DNA from: Candidatus Norongarragalinales archaeon | GTDB lineage: Archaea; Micrarchaeota; Micrarchaeia; Norongarragalinales; Norongarragalinaceae | Length of the DNA: 64,000 nt | Reading direction: 5' to 3' | Assembly (NCBI GenBank): GCA_038884755.1 | Contig: JAWABJ010000001.1 | Location: 493,947 to 557,946, forward strand | Shown: positions 1 through 8,481 of the stretch, piece after piece | Numbering within the stretch: position 1 is the first letter of the stretch | Layout of the letters: each line of letters starts with the position of its first letter | Position numbers and translations under genes: made by a program | The notes under the pieces: model-generated | What the model saw: the letters and a program-made list of their open reading frames with translations, nothing else | The model's database searches: none | What the model was told of the DNA's origin: nothing

Positions 1-2
1 TC

Positions 3-110
3 AAAAACTGCAGCACCGAATTCTACGAGAAAAACGTCGAGGATGAGGCTGGCATCAGAATCATAGAAGTGGGGGAGTTCAAGCAGGCGTTCGCCCTGAT
101 GACAGAGTGA
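3..110 (+). CDS. Possible 3' end of a gene whose start lies upstream of the window (partial)
   Basis: Open frame from the window edge to TGA at 108-110; peptide ...EFYEKNVEDEAGIRIIEVGEFKQAFALMTE. No recognisable family; not in the ORF track because it is truncated. Confidence 0.2.
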   Translation, partial: KNCSTEFYEKNVEDEAGIRIIEVGEFKQAFALMTE

Positions 111-111
111 A

Positions 112-117
112 TTTAAA
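112..117 (+). promoter_or_regulatory. TATA-box-like element (TTTAAA) about 30 nt upstream of tRNA-Ser(GCU)
   Basis: TTTAAA at 112-117, spaced as expected for an archaeal box A upstream of the tRNA 5' end at 146. Confidence 0.35.
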
Positions 118-145
118 CACTCCCGCGCCTAAATTCTTTTCCAGT

Positions 146-265
146 GCGGAGGTCGCATAGTGGCTATTGCGGCAGCCTGCTATCTTTGCTTTTTTGCTGA
201 AGAAGTAAGGCGGCCAGCTGTTACTCCGATTTTGGGGTGCGCGGGTTCGAATCCCGCCCTCCGCG
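146..265 (+). tRNA. tRNA-Ser (anticodon GCU), type II with long variable arm, 33-nt intron at canonical 37/38 position (183-215)
   Basis: Acceptor GCGGAGG (146-152) pairs with CCTCCGC (258-264); T-arm GCGGG-TTCGAAT-CCCGC (241-257); anticodon stem GCAGC/GCTGT; loop C-T-GCT-A + intron + A; 19-nt variable arm (222-240); discriminator G265; no encoded CCA. Mature length about 87 nt. Confidence 0.75.
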
Positions 266-273
266 CTCTAGAA

Positions 274-293
274 GGAGAAACCAAGGTTTCTCC
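274..293. terminator. Perfect inverted repeat GGAGAAACC-AA-GGTTTCTCC just 3' of the tRNA, followed by a pyrimidine-rich tract
   Basis: 9-nt arms are exact reverse complements; lies between the tRNA 3' end and the 3' end of convergent truD. Candidate terminator or processing hairpin. Confidence 0.3.
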
Positions 294-390
294 GCTCTAT
301 TCCTCTTCCTTTACTGCATTCTTAGCCTACAACCTTTTTCCTTTTCCAAACCCTTTCCCCTACTGCAGTCTCAACCTGGCGCTCTTTCTT

Positions 391-1527
391 TTATTTAGAA
401 AGAAGGAAGCTCAACGCAACCGTGGCGTAGCAACCGCTTTCGAGCGAAAAACGCAGTTTGACGTCCCCACCGTTCGATTCGATAATTTTGAAGTCTGTCA
501 TTTCCGCAAAGAAATTCCTTTCGCCGCCCTTGGAACTCAAGAAAGGCATTTGTTTTATTTTGAAAGAGTCCTGCGAAAGCCCCTCGCGCTCGAGCAAAGC
601 CTTTTCCCTTTCGCCCAAAACCGAATCTCCGCCGACAAGCAAGCCTTTTTCCTGCAAATTCCAACCGCCTTCCCTCACGCGCTCTTCCAGCATTTCGTTG
701 AAGAGTCTCGATTGAAATGCGTGAATAAACATCAAAACGAAATGCCTAGGCATGCGTCCAAGCGCGCCCACGAAATCATTAGGGCTTTTTGCTAAATGTT
801 CTAGCATCATGTGTTCGTACTTCAAGTGCTTCGGGAAATGCGCCAGCGCGTCGGCAAAGTTTTTTTCTTCAGCAAGCGTCTTGCGCGCCGCAACGCTCTC
901 CGCGTCCTTCTCGCCCTCGCTGAAAGACAGGTAATTCAAAACCGCGCCTTGAAAATCGCCTTTCAGCAAAAACCCGCCGACTTCCGCCGTGTTCTTGCGC
1001 AGCGAACCGAAGCGCTGCAGCCCGAAAAAGTTGGGGAAAACAAAGCCGTGCGATTGCGCTTTAGCCAGGATTATTGCAGCATCGGGCTTCACCCCGCAAT
1101 TCTCTTCGTTGAGAGTTATGGTAAAACGGTTGCCCTGCAAATCTCCCAAACGCACTTTCTTGCTTGAAACCCAAGCGCCGTTTATGCGTAAATCCTTTAT
1201 CCTGCCGTTGGCTTGCATTATGCGGTCTGGGGGGATTGCGAAAGCGCTGCACAATTGCGTTGTTATGGCATTCCGGTCTTTGGTGCCCGCGTAGTTGAAG
1301 CGTGACGGTTTGGCGTGCAGGAACGACGCTAGTGAATGCAGTGCCTGTTCGGTATTCCACGCCTTCTTTTGCAAAACAAAGCGCGTGAAAAAGTTTTTTT
1401 GCAAAAGCTCGCTTTGCTTTTGAACTGGCTTGTCTACTTCAAAGATACTGCCGTCTGCCGCTATCTCCTCTACGACAAATTCTTCAGGCTTGAAGCTGAA
1501 CTCGATGAATCTGAAAGAACCGTTCAT
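391..1527 (-). CDS. truD: tRNA pseudouridine synthase TruD/Pus7 family
   Basis: 378 aa; contains the TruD-type motif FNYAGTKDRNAITTQ and overall TruD-like layout. Confidence 0.8.
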   Translation of the reverse strand: MNGSFRFIEFSFKPEEFVVEEIAADGSIFEVDKPVQKQSELLQKNFFTRFVLQKKAWNTEQALHSLASFLHAKPSRFNYAGTKDRNAITTQLCSAFAIPPDRIMQANGRIKDLRINGAWVSSKKVRLGDLQGNRFTITLNEENCGVKPDAAIILAKAQSHGFVFPNFFGLQRFGSLRKNTAEVGGFLLKGDFQGAVLNYLSFSEGEKDAESVAARKTLAEEKNFADALAHFPKHLKYEHMMLEHLAKSPNDFVGALGRMPRHFVLMFIHAFQSRLFNEMLEERVREGGWNLQEKGLLVGGDSVLGEREKALLEREGLSQDSFKIKQMPFLSSKGGERNFFAEMTDFKIIESNGGDVKLRFSLESGCYATVALSFLLSK

Positions 1528-1558
1528 ACGCTCTGAAATAATTGTCCCCGGCGGATAT

Positions 1559-4500
1559 TTAAGACTGGGATGCTGTGAACGTGGTGGTGGAGGTTTTCGC
1601 GCCTGCCGGCTCGTCTGAGGGAATGCGCCAGTTTATCGCTATTTTGGCGGAATCCGCCGAATCGGAATAGCCTAGCTTGCACAAGGCGTAGGGAACGCCG
1701 CTCTGGCCTGTTTCGTTTACGTTATACCATGAATTGTAGTTGTTGAAGGGCGCCGGGCAGGCTGACGCGAGGCTTCCCGGTTCGTAGTCAGACGCGTTAA
1801 ACCGATACCAAGTGTCGGGCATGGGAGTGGTGTTGCGGGAAAACGGTGCGGAGCCCGTAATGGTGATGTTCATTTGCACGTTCCCGTCGTTCTGCAGGAT
1901 GAAATACCGGTACCCCAAGCCGCTGGCGTTGTCAGAGTAGTAATCGTTACCCACACTCACGTCGGAAAAGTTGACGGTGTGGTTCAAAAGAGAAAGGTCC
2001 AACACTGCGACTACGTTTAGGCACAAGGCTTGCGTGGTGTTGGTGCTCAAATAAACGGTTTGCGTGTCGTTCACGTACCCGCTGGCGTTGGCGTAAAACT
2101 TGTGGGGAGTGTAGTTTACAGTCACTTCCAAATCGCCTCCAGCATCATAGTATTCTGCGAACGAAGAGACGTTCCTGAAGCCCGTAAGCCCATCTGAACC
2201 GCTGAGCGTGCTGTCGAGGTAGTTCGCCTGCGTGCTGTAGAAGGAAACGTTGGCTCCGTTGAATGCCGTGCTGTTCTCGCAATAGGTCACGTTGCCTCGG
2301 GCGTAATAGGCGACAGTGTAGTTTGCCGTAACGAGTGAGGTGCGCGAGGGACTCACGTTCGCGCTAAGGAAATAATTGTCGAGCGAGTTTGTCAACAACA
2401 AGTGGGGATTCGTTCCAGTCAAAGCCAACAGCAATTCTACGAAAGTGAGGTTGTTCGAGTCGGTTGCTTTGATTGCGGTCGAGGCGTTGGTTATGGTGGT
2501 GTTGAAGAACGTGTTGTTGTGCGCATTCGAAGAAAACGTTATGGCGTTGGATACCGAACTTAAGGTATTGACTATAAACCGGCTGGTGTTCAAGCCACTC
2601 AAGGTGATGCCGTAGCTCATGTTTTCCAAAGTGGTGGTCGTGCCGTTGAAAGAACCTTGTGCAGGCTGGTTGTAAGTGAAGTTCAACCCGCTTATTCCGC
2701 CCCTGGCGAAAGTTGAGGACATGGTTCCCGTGGAATTCACTAGGTAAGCTGCAGTGGTGAAGTTCATCATGCTGCACTCGACGATGGAAAGCGAATTTCT
2801 GCCTATTGCTCGCAGTCCTATTCCGCTGTTGCCCGAACCGTCTATCACGTAGTAAAAGTTGCTTTTGGAGGGCGCGCAGTCGAGAGTGGCACTCCCGCCT
2901 ATGAAGTCGTAGCATGCAGTTCTTCCCGACGAAGAATCGAAAGTCACGTTCTGGCTCATGGTAAAGCTTTCACCCGCGTGAATGTCTCTGCACGAGCGGG
3001 AAACGTTGTTTATGCCCGTGAAGTTGAAGGCGAAGTCGAAGTTAGTGGCGTTTGGGTAAACGCTGTTAGTGTTTTCAAACAACGTTACCGGGCTCCACGT
3101 GTCTCTGGAAGAGTTGTAGTGCTGGCCGCAAATCGGCTCGTTCGAGTGGTTTGTGTTGTAGATGAGCATCGTGTCGTTGGAAAACGCGTCGGGAACAAGT
3201 CGCACGAGCATAGAATCGGTTTGCTCGCTGCCGCTGTTTCCAGTTCCGCAAATGTCGGAAGTAGTGTTTCTTGCGGAAGTCCAAGTGCCGGCAAAGCAGT
3301 TGCTTGCGGTCGTACAACGCCGTTCCAACGGCGAGTTTTGATACCTTCCCGCGTAAACAACCATTGCCCCGCCGCTTCCTCCCAAGTAAGCGACGTCGGC
3401 AGTCTTCCGGTCTTGAAAAGTCACGGCAGGAGCGCCGTTGGAAACCAACGTCGTTTGCGTGCCCCACGCCGAACCGTTCCATTCTATAGCGTCTAACTGA
3501 TGCGAAGAAGTTCTGTAGCTTATCGCAGCCATCACCCTGTTCGAAGCAGGTCTGCTCGTGCAATCCAGCCAGTTGATTCCCACAAGCGAACCCGATCCCA
3601 CGCTAGTTGCCGAAGACCAAGTGTCGTTGTTGACGTAGTGAATCCGAAAAGTGAGCACCCCGGCGAGAGTTTCGAACAAAACCAGCGCATTGCCTGTTTG
3701 CTGTTCGTAAGCGGTGCACATGGTCTTGCGCGTCACGGCGTTTGTTATAGCAGTATGCGTCACGGGAGTTCCGAATTGCGAGCCGTTCCAAAAGTAAGTG
3801 CAAACGTCGTTGGCGCTGTCTTGGTATGTCACTACAATCTCGTCTGACAGCGGCTTTGCCCGCGCTTCAACCCAAAGGGGAATGCCGGCGCAAGAGTCGT
3901 TCACCTGGAATTTTTCAGTCCCGCTCCAAGTGTTGTTTTCGGGATACCAAATTCGGTAGTAAGGCGTGTCGGTGTTGTTTGCCGTTATTACGAGCCCCCA
4001 GCCGCGTATTTTTTCAAACGCAATGTCGAAACCGCGGTAGTTGTCGTTCGTGGTTCCGATATTCGCTACCACCCTCTGGTCCGAACCCCACGTGTAATTG
4101 CGCCAAAGTTGAGCGTGAACCACGCCCGTATCGTCTAAAAATCCGCCAATGCAAGCATTTTCCAAAGGATTGCACTCCACGCGCGTCCATTCTATATCCT
4201 CGCCTAATCCAAAGAAAGAAGTTCCCGAACCTTCAGCAGACCAACCCGCAGTCCAATTACGGTATTTCGGACCATTGTTAAAAAATTGATAGTATGCTAC
4301 AATCCCGATGGAACTGTTGGAATAAAGAAGCATTTCAAAATCGCTACTGCTGTTCGCGGTATTGCCGTCGTGCGCGGTGTAATTCAAGCGGAAAGTGCCG
4401 GCGAGGAGGTTCGAGGAAATGTTGTAGTTCCAAACTCCGTTTTTGTTCGAGCCGTTGTACAAGCTCATGGTGTAGTTCGTAATGCTCCCATTCACGTGAT

Positions 4501-7021
4501 CAAAAGTAAGGTTGACTTCGCTTGTGCCATTGTCGTCGGAAAAATTCGCAAAGAAAACTATGGTATCCTGGCTGTACGCACTTGCGTTCGTGATGTTGAA
4601 AGACTGCCATTTGAATGCAGGCTCTTGGCTTGAGACCGTGAAAGAGTAAAGCCCGGTGTTGTTGACGTTCCCGGAATCGTCTATCGCCCAGGCTTTAGCG
4701 GTATAAGTTCCTGCGCTCAAGCCCGTAAAGTTGTTGTAGTACTGGTACGACTCGGCGTTGTAGGAAGCGTTTATTTCCTGCGCCGTAAGCGTACGGTTGT
4801 AGATTTGAATGCTGTCGAGAGTGCCGTTGAAGTAGCCCGTGCTTCCCGCAAGCTTGCCTATTTCGAAAGCGTCCGAACCTGACGGGAGTGAGCCGAAATT
4901 CAAGGTAGTGGTATAACTTCTGTTGACGCCGTTTATGTAAAGGTTGTAAGTGCCGTTGTCGAAGAACAAGAGGGCGAAGTGGAACCAAGTGTCGCCTTTC
5001 ACGGGAATGTTTGAGGCGGAAAAGTTGAATTCCGTCCCGTCTTTCATCATGTACATTTGCAGGAATCCTGGCGCGGTGTTGCTCAGCAAAAGCATGTACT
5101 TGTTCGTGGAGTTTTGAAAACGAGACAGGACTCTGTTTCCGCCTCCTTTAATCCAACCAACCCAAGTCATGTTGCTGGTAAGGTTGAACCTTCCAGGGTT
5201 GTTCACGGAAAGATAGTCGTTCACTCCGTCGAACGCTAGTCCCAACCCGCGGGTGCTTGCAGTGAGGTTGGAAGTTCCAAAGTCGGCGCCAGTAAACGTG
5301 GCGTTGTTGCCGTAAGACGAGTTGTCGAAAACTACGGTGGAATTGTAAAAGTCCATTTCCCACCACCCGACGAGGGCGTTGTTCCAGTCAAGGAAAGCAG
5401 AGTGGTTGTTGGAATCTCGGCTTGAAACGTTGGTGTAAATGTAAGTGTCCGTGGAAGAAGAGCCGTTGGAAGGCGTGGGGGAGACGAACGACACGAGCGG
5501 GGGTTTCGAGTCGTTGTAGAAAGTCGCTTCGAAAGGTCTCGCGTTGGAAAGAAAACGGTTGGAGTCTTCAAGCGTCGTAACGGCATGCCAATACCCCATA
5601 GTTGCGTTGTACAGTTGGTAGCATATCGGCTCGTTAGCATGCTGCGTGCTGTAAATAAGCATCGTGTCGTTATTCGCGGTGTTGGAAATAAGCCGTACTA
5701 GGTCAACGTTTCCGGCTGTCCCGCAAGCCGTTGCAGTCGTGGCTGAAGCGCTTCCCCAAGTTCCTGCCTGGCAGTTGGAAAGCGAAGTGCACGTGCGGTA
5801 GTTGGGAAAGTTCGTTCCATCCGGAGAATAGACTACCATCGCGTGCCCGCTTCCGCCTAAGTACGCGACGTCTGCCAATTGCCTGTCTGCAAAATCGCCT
5901 TCGACGGCGCCGGTGAAAGTTGCCGGAGTTCCAAACCCTTGGTTCCACTCGCGAACAGCCAAGTCTGCCGCAACATATCGCAAGCGCGGGGTTTTTATTT
6001 TAGAGGTTATTTTGCTCACGAAATCCGACCATCGTCTTACGGCTTCGGAAATGGAAGCGAAAGACAAAACCTCATTGCCGGCCGTATCACCGCCGCCCAT
6101 TCCCGAAGTTTGCACGGGTGAAGCCCACATTATGCGGTTGGTTCCAGGCATTGAAGCGCAGGAAAACCAAACGTAATTGGAGCCTGCCACACATGAGGGG
6201 TTGCAAAGCAAGGAACCCACTTCCCAAGCGCTTCCCGTCCAATTTGCGTGGTTCAGCTGGGCGCTCTTGGCTTCCTCCCAAAACACTACGCCCCTTCCGC
6301 TGGATTGTTCGTAAGCAACACAAAAAGTCTTTTGGGTGCTGTTGAATGTCGTGTTGTAAATGCTTTTGCTGTTTCCCCACGCGCTTCCATTCCAAACGTA
6401 GGCGCAAAACCTCCCGCCGCTGTCCATGTACGCCATGAGAATTTCTTTCGAATTTGGCTTGCTTGCGGCTTCAACCCAAGCGGGAGTGTTGCTCGTCCCG
6501 CAAGCGCTGTTTGGAAACTGTTCCACCCCGCTCCAGGTGTTGTTTTCGGGATACCAAATTCGGTAGTACGGGCGAGCGGTGTTATTTCCAGCAATGACCA
6601 AGCCCCAACCTCGAGAGTATTCGAACGCAACGTCAAAGCCGCGCGATTCGTCGTTCGTAGTCCCGATGTTTGGGGCAACGTCTACAACCGAACCCCAAAC
6701 TCCGTCAACCCTCGCTTGCGCTTGCACTTCCCCCTCGTCGTCAAGCGTAGCCATGATGCAGTTAGTCTGGTTGCGGTCGCACTTCAACGCCATCCATTCT
6801 ATGTCGCTTCCGGTGTCGAGCGTCGTCGCGCTTAATTCAGATTGGGCAGTGTAATTGAAGTACGACGGGGCGATTCTGTAGCGGGGTATCACCTGCGCGT
6901 TTTCGTAGTAACCGAACATCGTGTGCGGGAGCACGGGAGAGGCGGAAAAGGCGAACGGAGCGAGCGAAACAAAAGCCAGCATAGCGAATAAAACTACAAA
7001 CCGGCTTTTCCACCTCTGCAA
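1559..7021 (-). CDS. Giant secreted surface protein (1820 aa), N-x-S/T sequon-rich; two copies of a ~430-aa Cys-containing module plus a LamG/ConA-like lectin domain
   Basis: TTG start with Sec-type signal peptide (MQRWKSRFVVLFAMLAFVSLAPFAFSA); very high Asn/Thr/Ser content with many N-x-S/T sequons; module copies at about aa 60-503 and 925-1370 (IMATLDDEGEVQAQA, RGFDVAFE, RGWGLVIAGNN, PYYRIWYPENNTW, CNPSCVAG, CASMPGTNRIMWAS); LamG-like stretch at about aa 575-750 (GLAFDGVNDYLSV...WFHFALLFFDNGTYNLYINGV...FNGTLDSIQIYNRTLTAQEI). Confidence 0.85.
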   Translation of the reverse strand: MQRWKSRFVVLFAMLAFVSLAPFAFSASPVLPHTMFGYYENAQVIPRYRIAPSYFNYTAQSELSATTLDTGSDIEWMALKCDRNQTNCIMATLDDEGEVQAQARVDGVWGSVVDVAPNIGTTNDESRGFDVAFEYSRGWGLVIAGNNTARPYYRIWYPENNTWSGVEQFPNSACGTSNTPAWVEAASKPNSKEILMAYMDSGGRFCAYVWNGSAWGNSKSIYNTTFNSTQKTFCVAYEQSSGRGVVFWEEAKSAQLNHANWTGSAWEVGSLLCNPSCVAGSNYVWFSCASMPGTNRIMWASPVQTSGMGGGDTAGNEVLSFASISEAVRRWSDFVSKITSKIKTPRLRYVAADLAVREWNQGFGTPATFTGAVEGDFADRQLADVAYLGGSGHAMVVYSPDGTNFPNYRTCTSLSNCQAGTWGSASATTATACGTAGNVDLVRLISNTANNDTMLIYSTQHANEPICYQLYNATMGYWHAVTTLEDSNRFLSNARPFEATFYNDSKPPLVSFVSPTPSNGSSSTDTYIYTNVSSRDSNNHSAFLDWNNALVGWWEMDFYNSTVVFDNSSYGNNATFTGADFGTSNLTASTRGLGLAFDGVNDYLSVNNPGRFNLTSNMTWVGWIKGGGNRVLSRFQNSTNKYMLLLSNTAPGFLQMYMMKDGTEFNFSASNIPVKGDTWFHFALLFFDNGTYNLYINGVNRSYTTTLNFGSLPSGSDAFEIGKLAGSTGYFNGTLDSIQIYNRTLTAQEINASYNAESYQYYNNFTGLSAGTYTAKAWAIDDSGNVNNTGLYSFTVSSQEPAFKWQSFNITNASAYSQDTIVFFANFSDDNGTSEVNLTFDHVNGSITNYTMSLYNGSNKNGVWNYNISSNLLAGTFRLNYTAHDGNTANSSSDFEMLLYSNSSIGIVAYYQFFNNGPKYRNWTAGWSAEGSGTSFFGLGEDIEWTRVECNPLENACIGGFLDDTGVVHAQLWRNYTWGSDQRVVANIGTTNDNYRGFDIAFEKIRGWGLVITANNTDTPYYRIWYPENNTWSGTEKFQVNDSCAGIPLWVEARAKPLSDEIVVTYQDSANDVCTYFWNGSQFGTPVTHTAITNAVTRKTMCTAYEQQTGNALVLFETLAGVLTFRIHYVNNDTWSSATSVGSGSLVGINWLDCTSRPASNRVMAAISYRTSSHQLDAIEWNGSAWGTQTTLVSNGAPAVTFQDRKTADVAYLGGSGGAMVVYAGRYQNSPLERRCTTASNCFAGTWTSARNTTSDICGTGNSGSEQTDSMLVRLVPDAFSNDTMLIYNTNHSNEPICGQHYNSSRDTWSPVTLFENTNSVYPNATNFDFAFNFTGINNVSRSCRDIHAGESFTMSQNVTFDSSSGRTACYDFIGGSATLDCAPSKSNFYYVIDGSGNSGIGLRAIGRNSLSIVECSMMNFTTAAYLVNSTGTMSSTFARGGISGLNFTYNQPAQGSFNGTTTTLENMSYGITLSGLNTSRFIVNTLSSVSNAITFSSNAHNNTFFNTTITNASTAIKATDSNNLTFVELLLALTGTNPHLLLTNSLDNYFLSANVSPSRTSLVTANYTVAYYARGNVTYCENSTAFNGANVSFYSTQANYLDSTLSGSDGLTGFRNVSSFAEYYDAGGDLEVTVNYTPHKFYANASGYVNDTQTVYLSTNTTQALCLNVVAVLDLSLLNHTVNFSDVSVGNDYYSDNASGLGYRYFILQNDGNVQMNITITGSAPFSRNTTPMPDTWYRFNASDYEPGSLASACPAPFNNYNSWYNVNETGQSGVPYALCKLGYSDSADSAKIAINWRIPSDEPAGAKTSTTTFTASQS

Positions 7022-7029
7022 GCAACTGC

Positions 7030-7059
7030 ACCCTTGTCAAGAATAAAAGATTCAAGGGT
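7030..7059. promoter_or_regulatory. Inverted repeat ACCCTTG...CAAGGGT bracketing an A/T-rich TATA-like core immediately upstream of the giant surface-protein gene
   Basis: 7-bp perfect arms (7030-7036 / 7053-7059) flank TCAAGAATAAAAGATT; located in the 50-bp spacer between the HTH regulator stop (7072) and the TTG start at 7021. Candidate operator/promoter. Confidence 0.3.
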
Positions 7060-7071
7060 TTTATTGCTTTT

Positions 7072-7773
7072 CTAGGCGGCGGTGAATTCCTTCAGCGCTT
7101 TTTTTATCTCTTCTTGCGACAGTTTCGTGACGAGCATGGGAATTCCCTCGCTCTCCGCGATTTTGATTGCAAGCTTGTCCACCCTGTCCGCCGGAAGCTC
7201 GTGCAAAACCACCAGCGCGGGTTTTATGGGTGCGACTCGAACAGCAACCATGGGGCTCCTGCCTGTGGTCGTTCCCGTGAACAGCAACGCCCTCTGCGAG
7301 GTGGTTGAGTAAATTTTTACGAAACTCTCGTAAGGCAATTCCAGGATTACTTTAATCGAGTCGATTATTGTGCAGCCGAACAACTGCGTCTTGTCAAGGC
7401 TTTCCTCGCACGCGACGCAAGCCGCTTTTATCGCTTTGGCGAAGTCCTCGCCGGTAATCGCGGTCTTGAAGTCTATGGAGTCGAAAAACTTCTGTTCGGG
7501 CTCTGCTTCCTTCAAGCGTTTTACGAACTCGCCTCCCTTTTGCACGTCGATTTCGAACAACGCGTCCACGAAACGCTTTATCACGCTTATGCCCGGGCTT
7601 TTGCGCCTGTTGCTTTCGTAATCGCTTATGGTTGAAGGGGAAATTTTCAGGAACGCGCTGAGCTCGCTTTGGCTCACGCCGAAAACCTCGCGCCATTTTT
7701 TCATGGCTCCGCCTGGGTCTTGAGACAAGGCGATTTCCCCGGCTATTTTCACTTTCAACTGTTCAGTAGCCAT
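7072..7773 (-). CDS. Archaeal HTH-domain transcriptional regulator (XRE-like HTH with C-terminal domain, COG1395-like)
   Basis: 233 aa; N-terminal HTH-like segment (FGVSQSELSAFLKISPSTISDYESNRRKSPGISVIKRF); sits directly upstream of, and co-oriented with, the giant surface-protein gene. Confidence 0.65.
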   Translation of the reverse strand: MATEQLKVKIAGEIALSQDPGGAMKKWREVFGVSQSELSAFLKISPSTISDYESNRRKSPGISVIKRFVDALFEIDVQKGGEFVKRLKEAEPEQKFFDSIDFKTAITGEDFAKAIKAACVACEESLDKTQLFGCTIIDSIKVILELPYESFVKIYSTTSQRALLFTGTTTGRSPMVAVRVAPIKPALVVLHELPADRVDKLAIKIAESEGIPMLVTKLSQEEIKKALKEFTAA

Positions 7774-7916
7774 TCAAACACAATCCACCAAAATAATCGA
7801 CGATAACCAAACTAGCCTACGCCAATTAAAAACCCTTTCGATAACGCCGAAACGAGTTTCGGCGATTGGCTAAGCCAATCGCAGGGATTTTAGTTTTCGC
7901 GGGCAAAGAAACAGTT

Positions 7917-8474
7917 ATGCAGCCTGCGGTTTACGAGCCTAGGGAAGACTCTTGGCTTTTGGAAAAAGCTATTGCAGCGTATGCGTTCGGCAGGGTTTTG
8001 GACTTGGGCACGGGAAGCGGCATTCAGGCAATAGCGGCTGCGAGGAAGAAAGAAGTCGGAAGTGTTGTTGCAACCGACATCAACCCAAATGCACTCAAGC
8101 AAGCGAAAGCCAACGCTGCTACCTCGGGCGTGGCGGAAAAAATAGTTTTCATCAAAAGCGACTTGTTTGAAAACATTCAAGGAAAGTTCGACACGATTGC
8201 GTTCAACCCGCCGTACTTGCCTGAAGATGAAGAGAAGGTGGGTGACGTTGCGCTGGAGTCGGGCGAAAGCGGCAGGAAGCTTACGGAAAAATTTCTCAAC
8301 GAGTTCGAAAGGCACTTGAATCCTAAAGGCGTAGTGCTTTTGCTTCAAAGCAGCGCAAGCGGATGGAAAGAAACCAAGCAAGCGTTGGAAGAGAAAAGTT
8401 TTGCCGTTGAAACCGTTGGAAGGGATAAATTCTTCTTCGAGGAAATCGTCGTTTTGAAAGCACAACGCAAGTGA
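7917..8474 (+). CDS. HemK/Mtq2-like class I SAM-dependent (N5-glutamine) methyltransferase
   Basis: SAM-binding motif LDLGTGSG and catalytic NPPY motif; start placed at internal ATG (MQPAVYEPREDSWLL); the track ORF begins at TTG 7866. Confidence 0.7.
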   Translation: MQPAVYEPREDSWLLEKAIAAYAFGRVLDLGTGSGIQAIAAARKKEVGSVVATDINPNALKQAKANAATSGVAEKIVFIKSDLFENIQGKFDTIAFNPPYLPEDEEKVGDVALESGESGRKLTEKFLNEFERHLNPKGVVLLLQSSASGWKETKQALEEKSFAVETVGRDKFFFEEIVVLKAQRK

Positions 8475-8481
8475 AAAAAAA

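Noticed and set aside
160-795. Many long ORFs in the six-frame track that overlap confidently assigned genes on the other strand or frame (for example 160-795, 10870-11898, 12087-12824, 13795-14391, 15041-15724, 29366-30475, 31243-31989, 55398-56195).
   Set aside because: Low-complexity Arg/Ala/Ser/Pro-rich translations with no motifs, fully contained within well-supported genes; typical shadow ORFs in GC-rich DNA.
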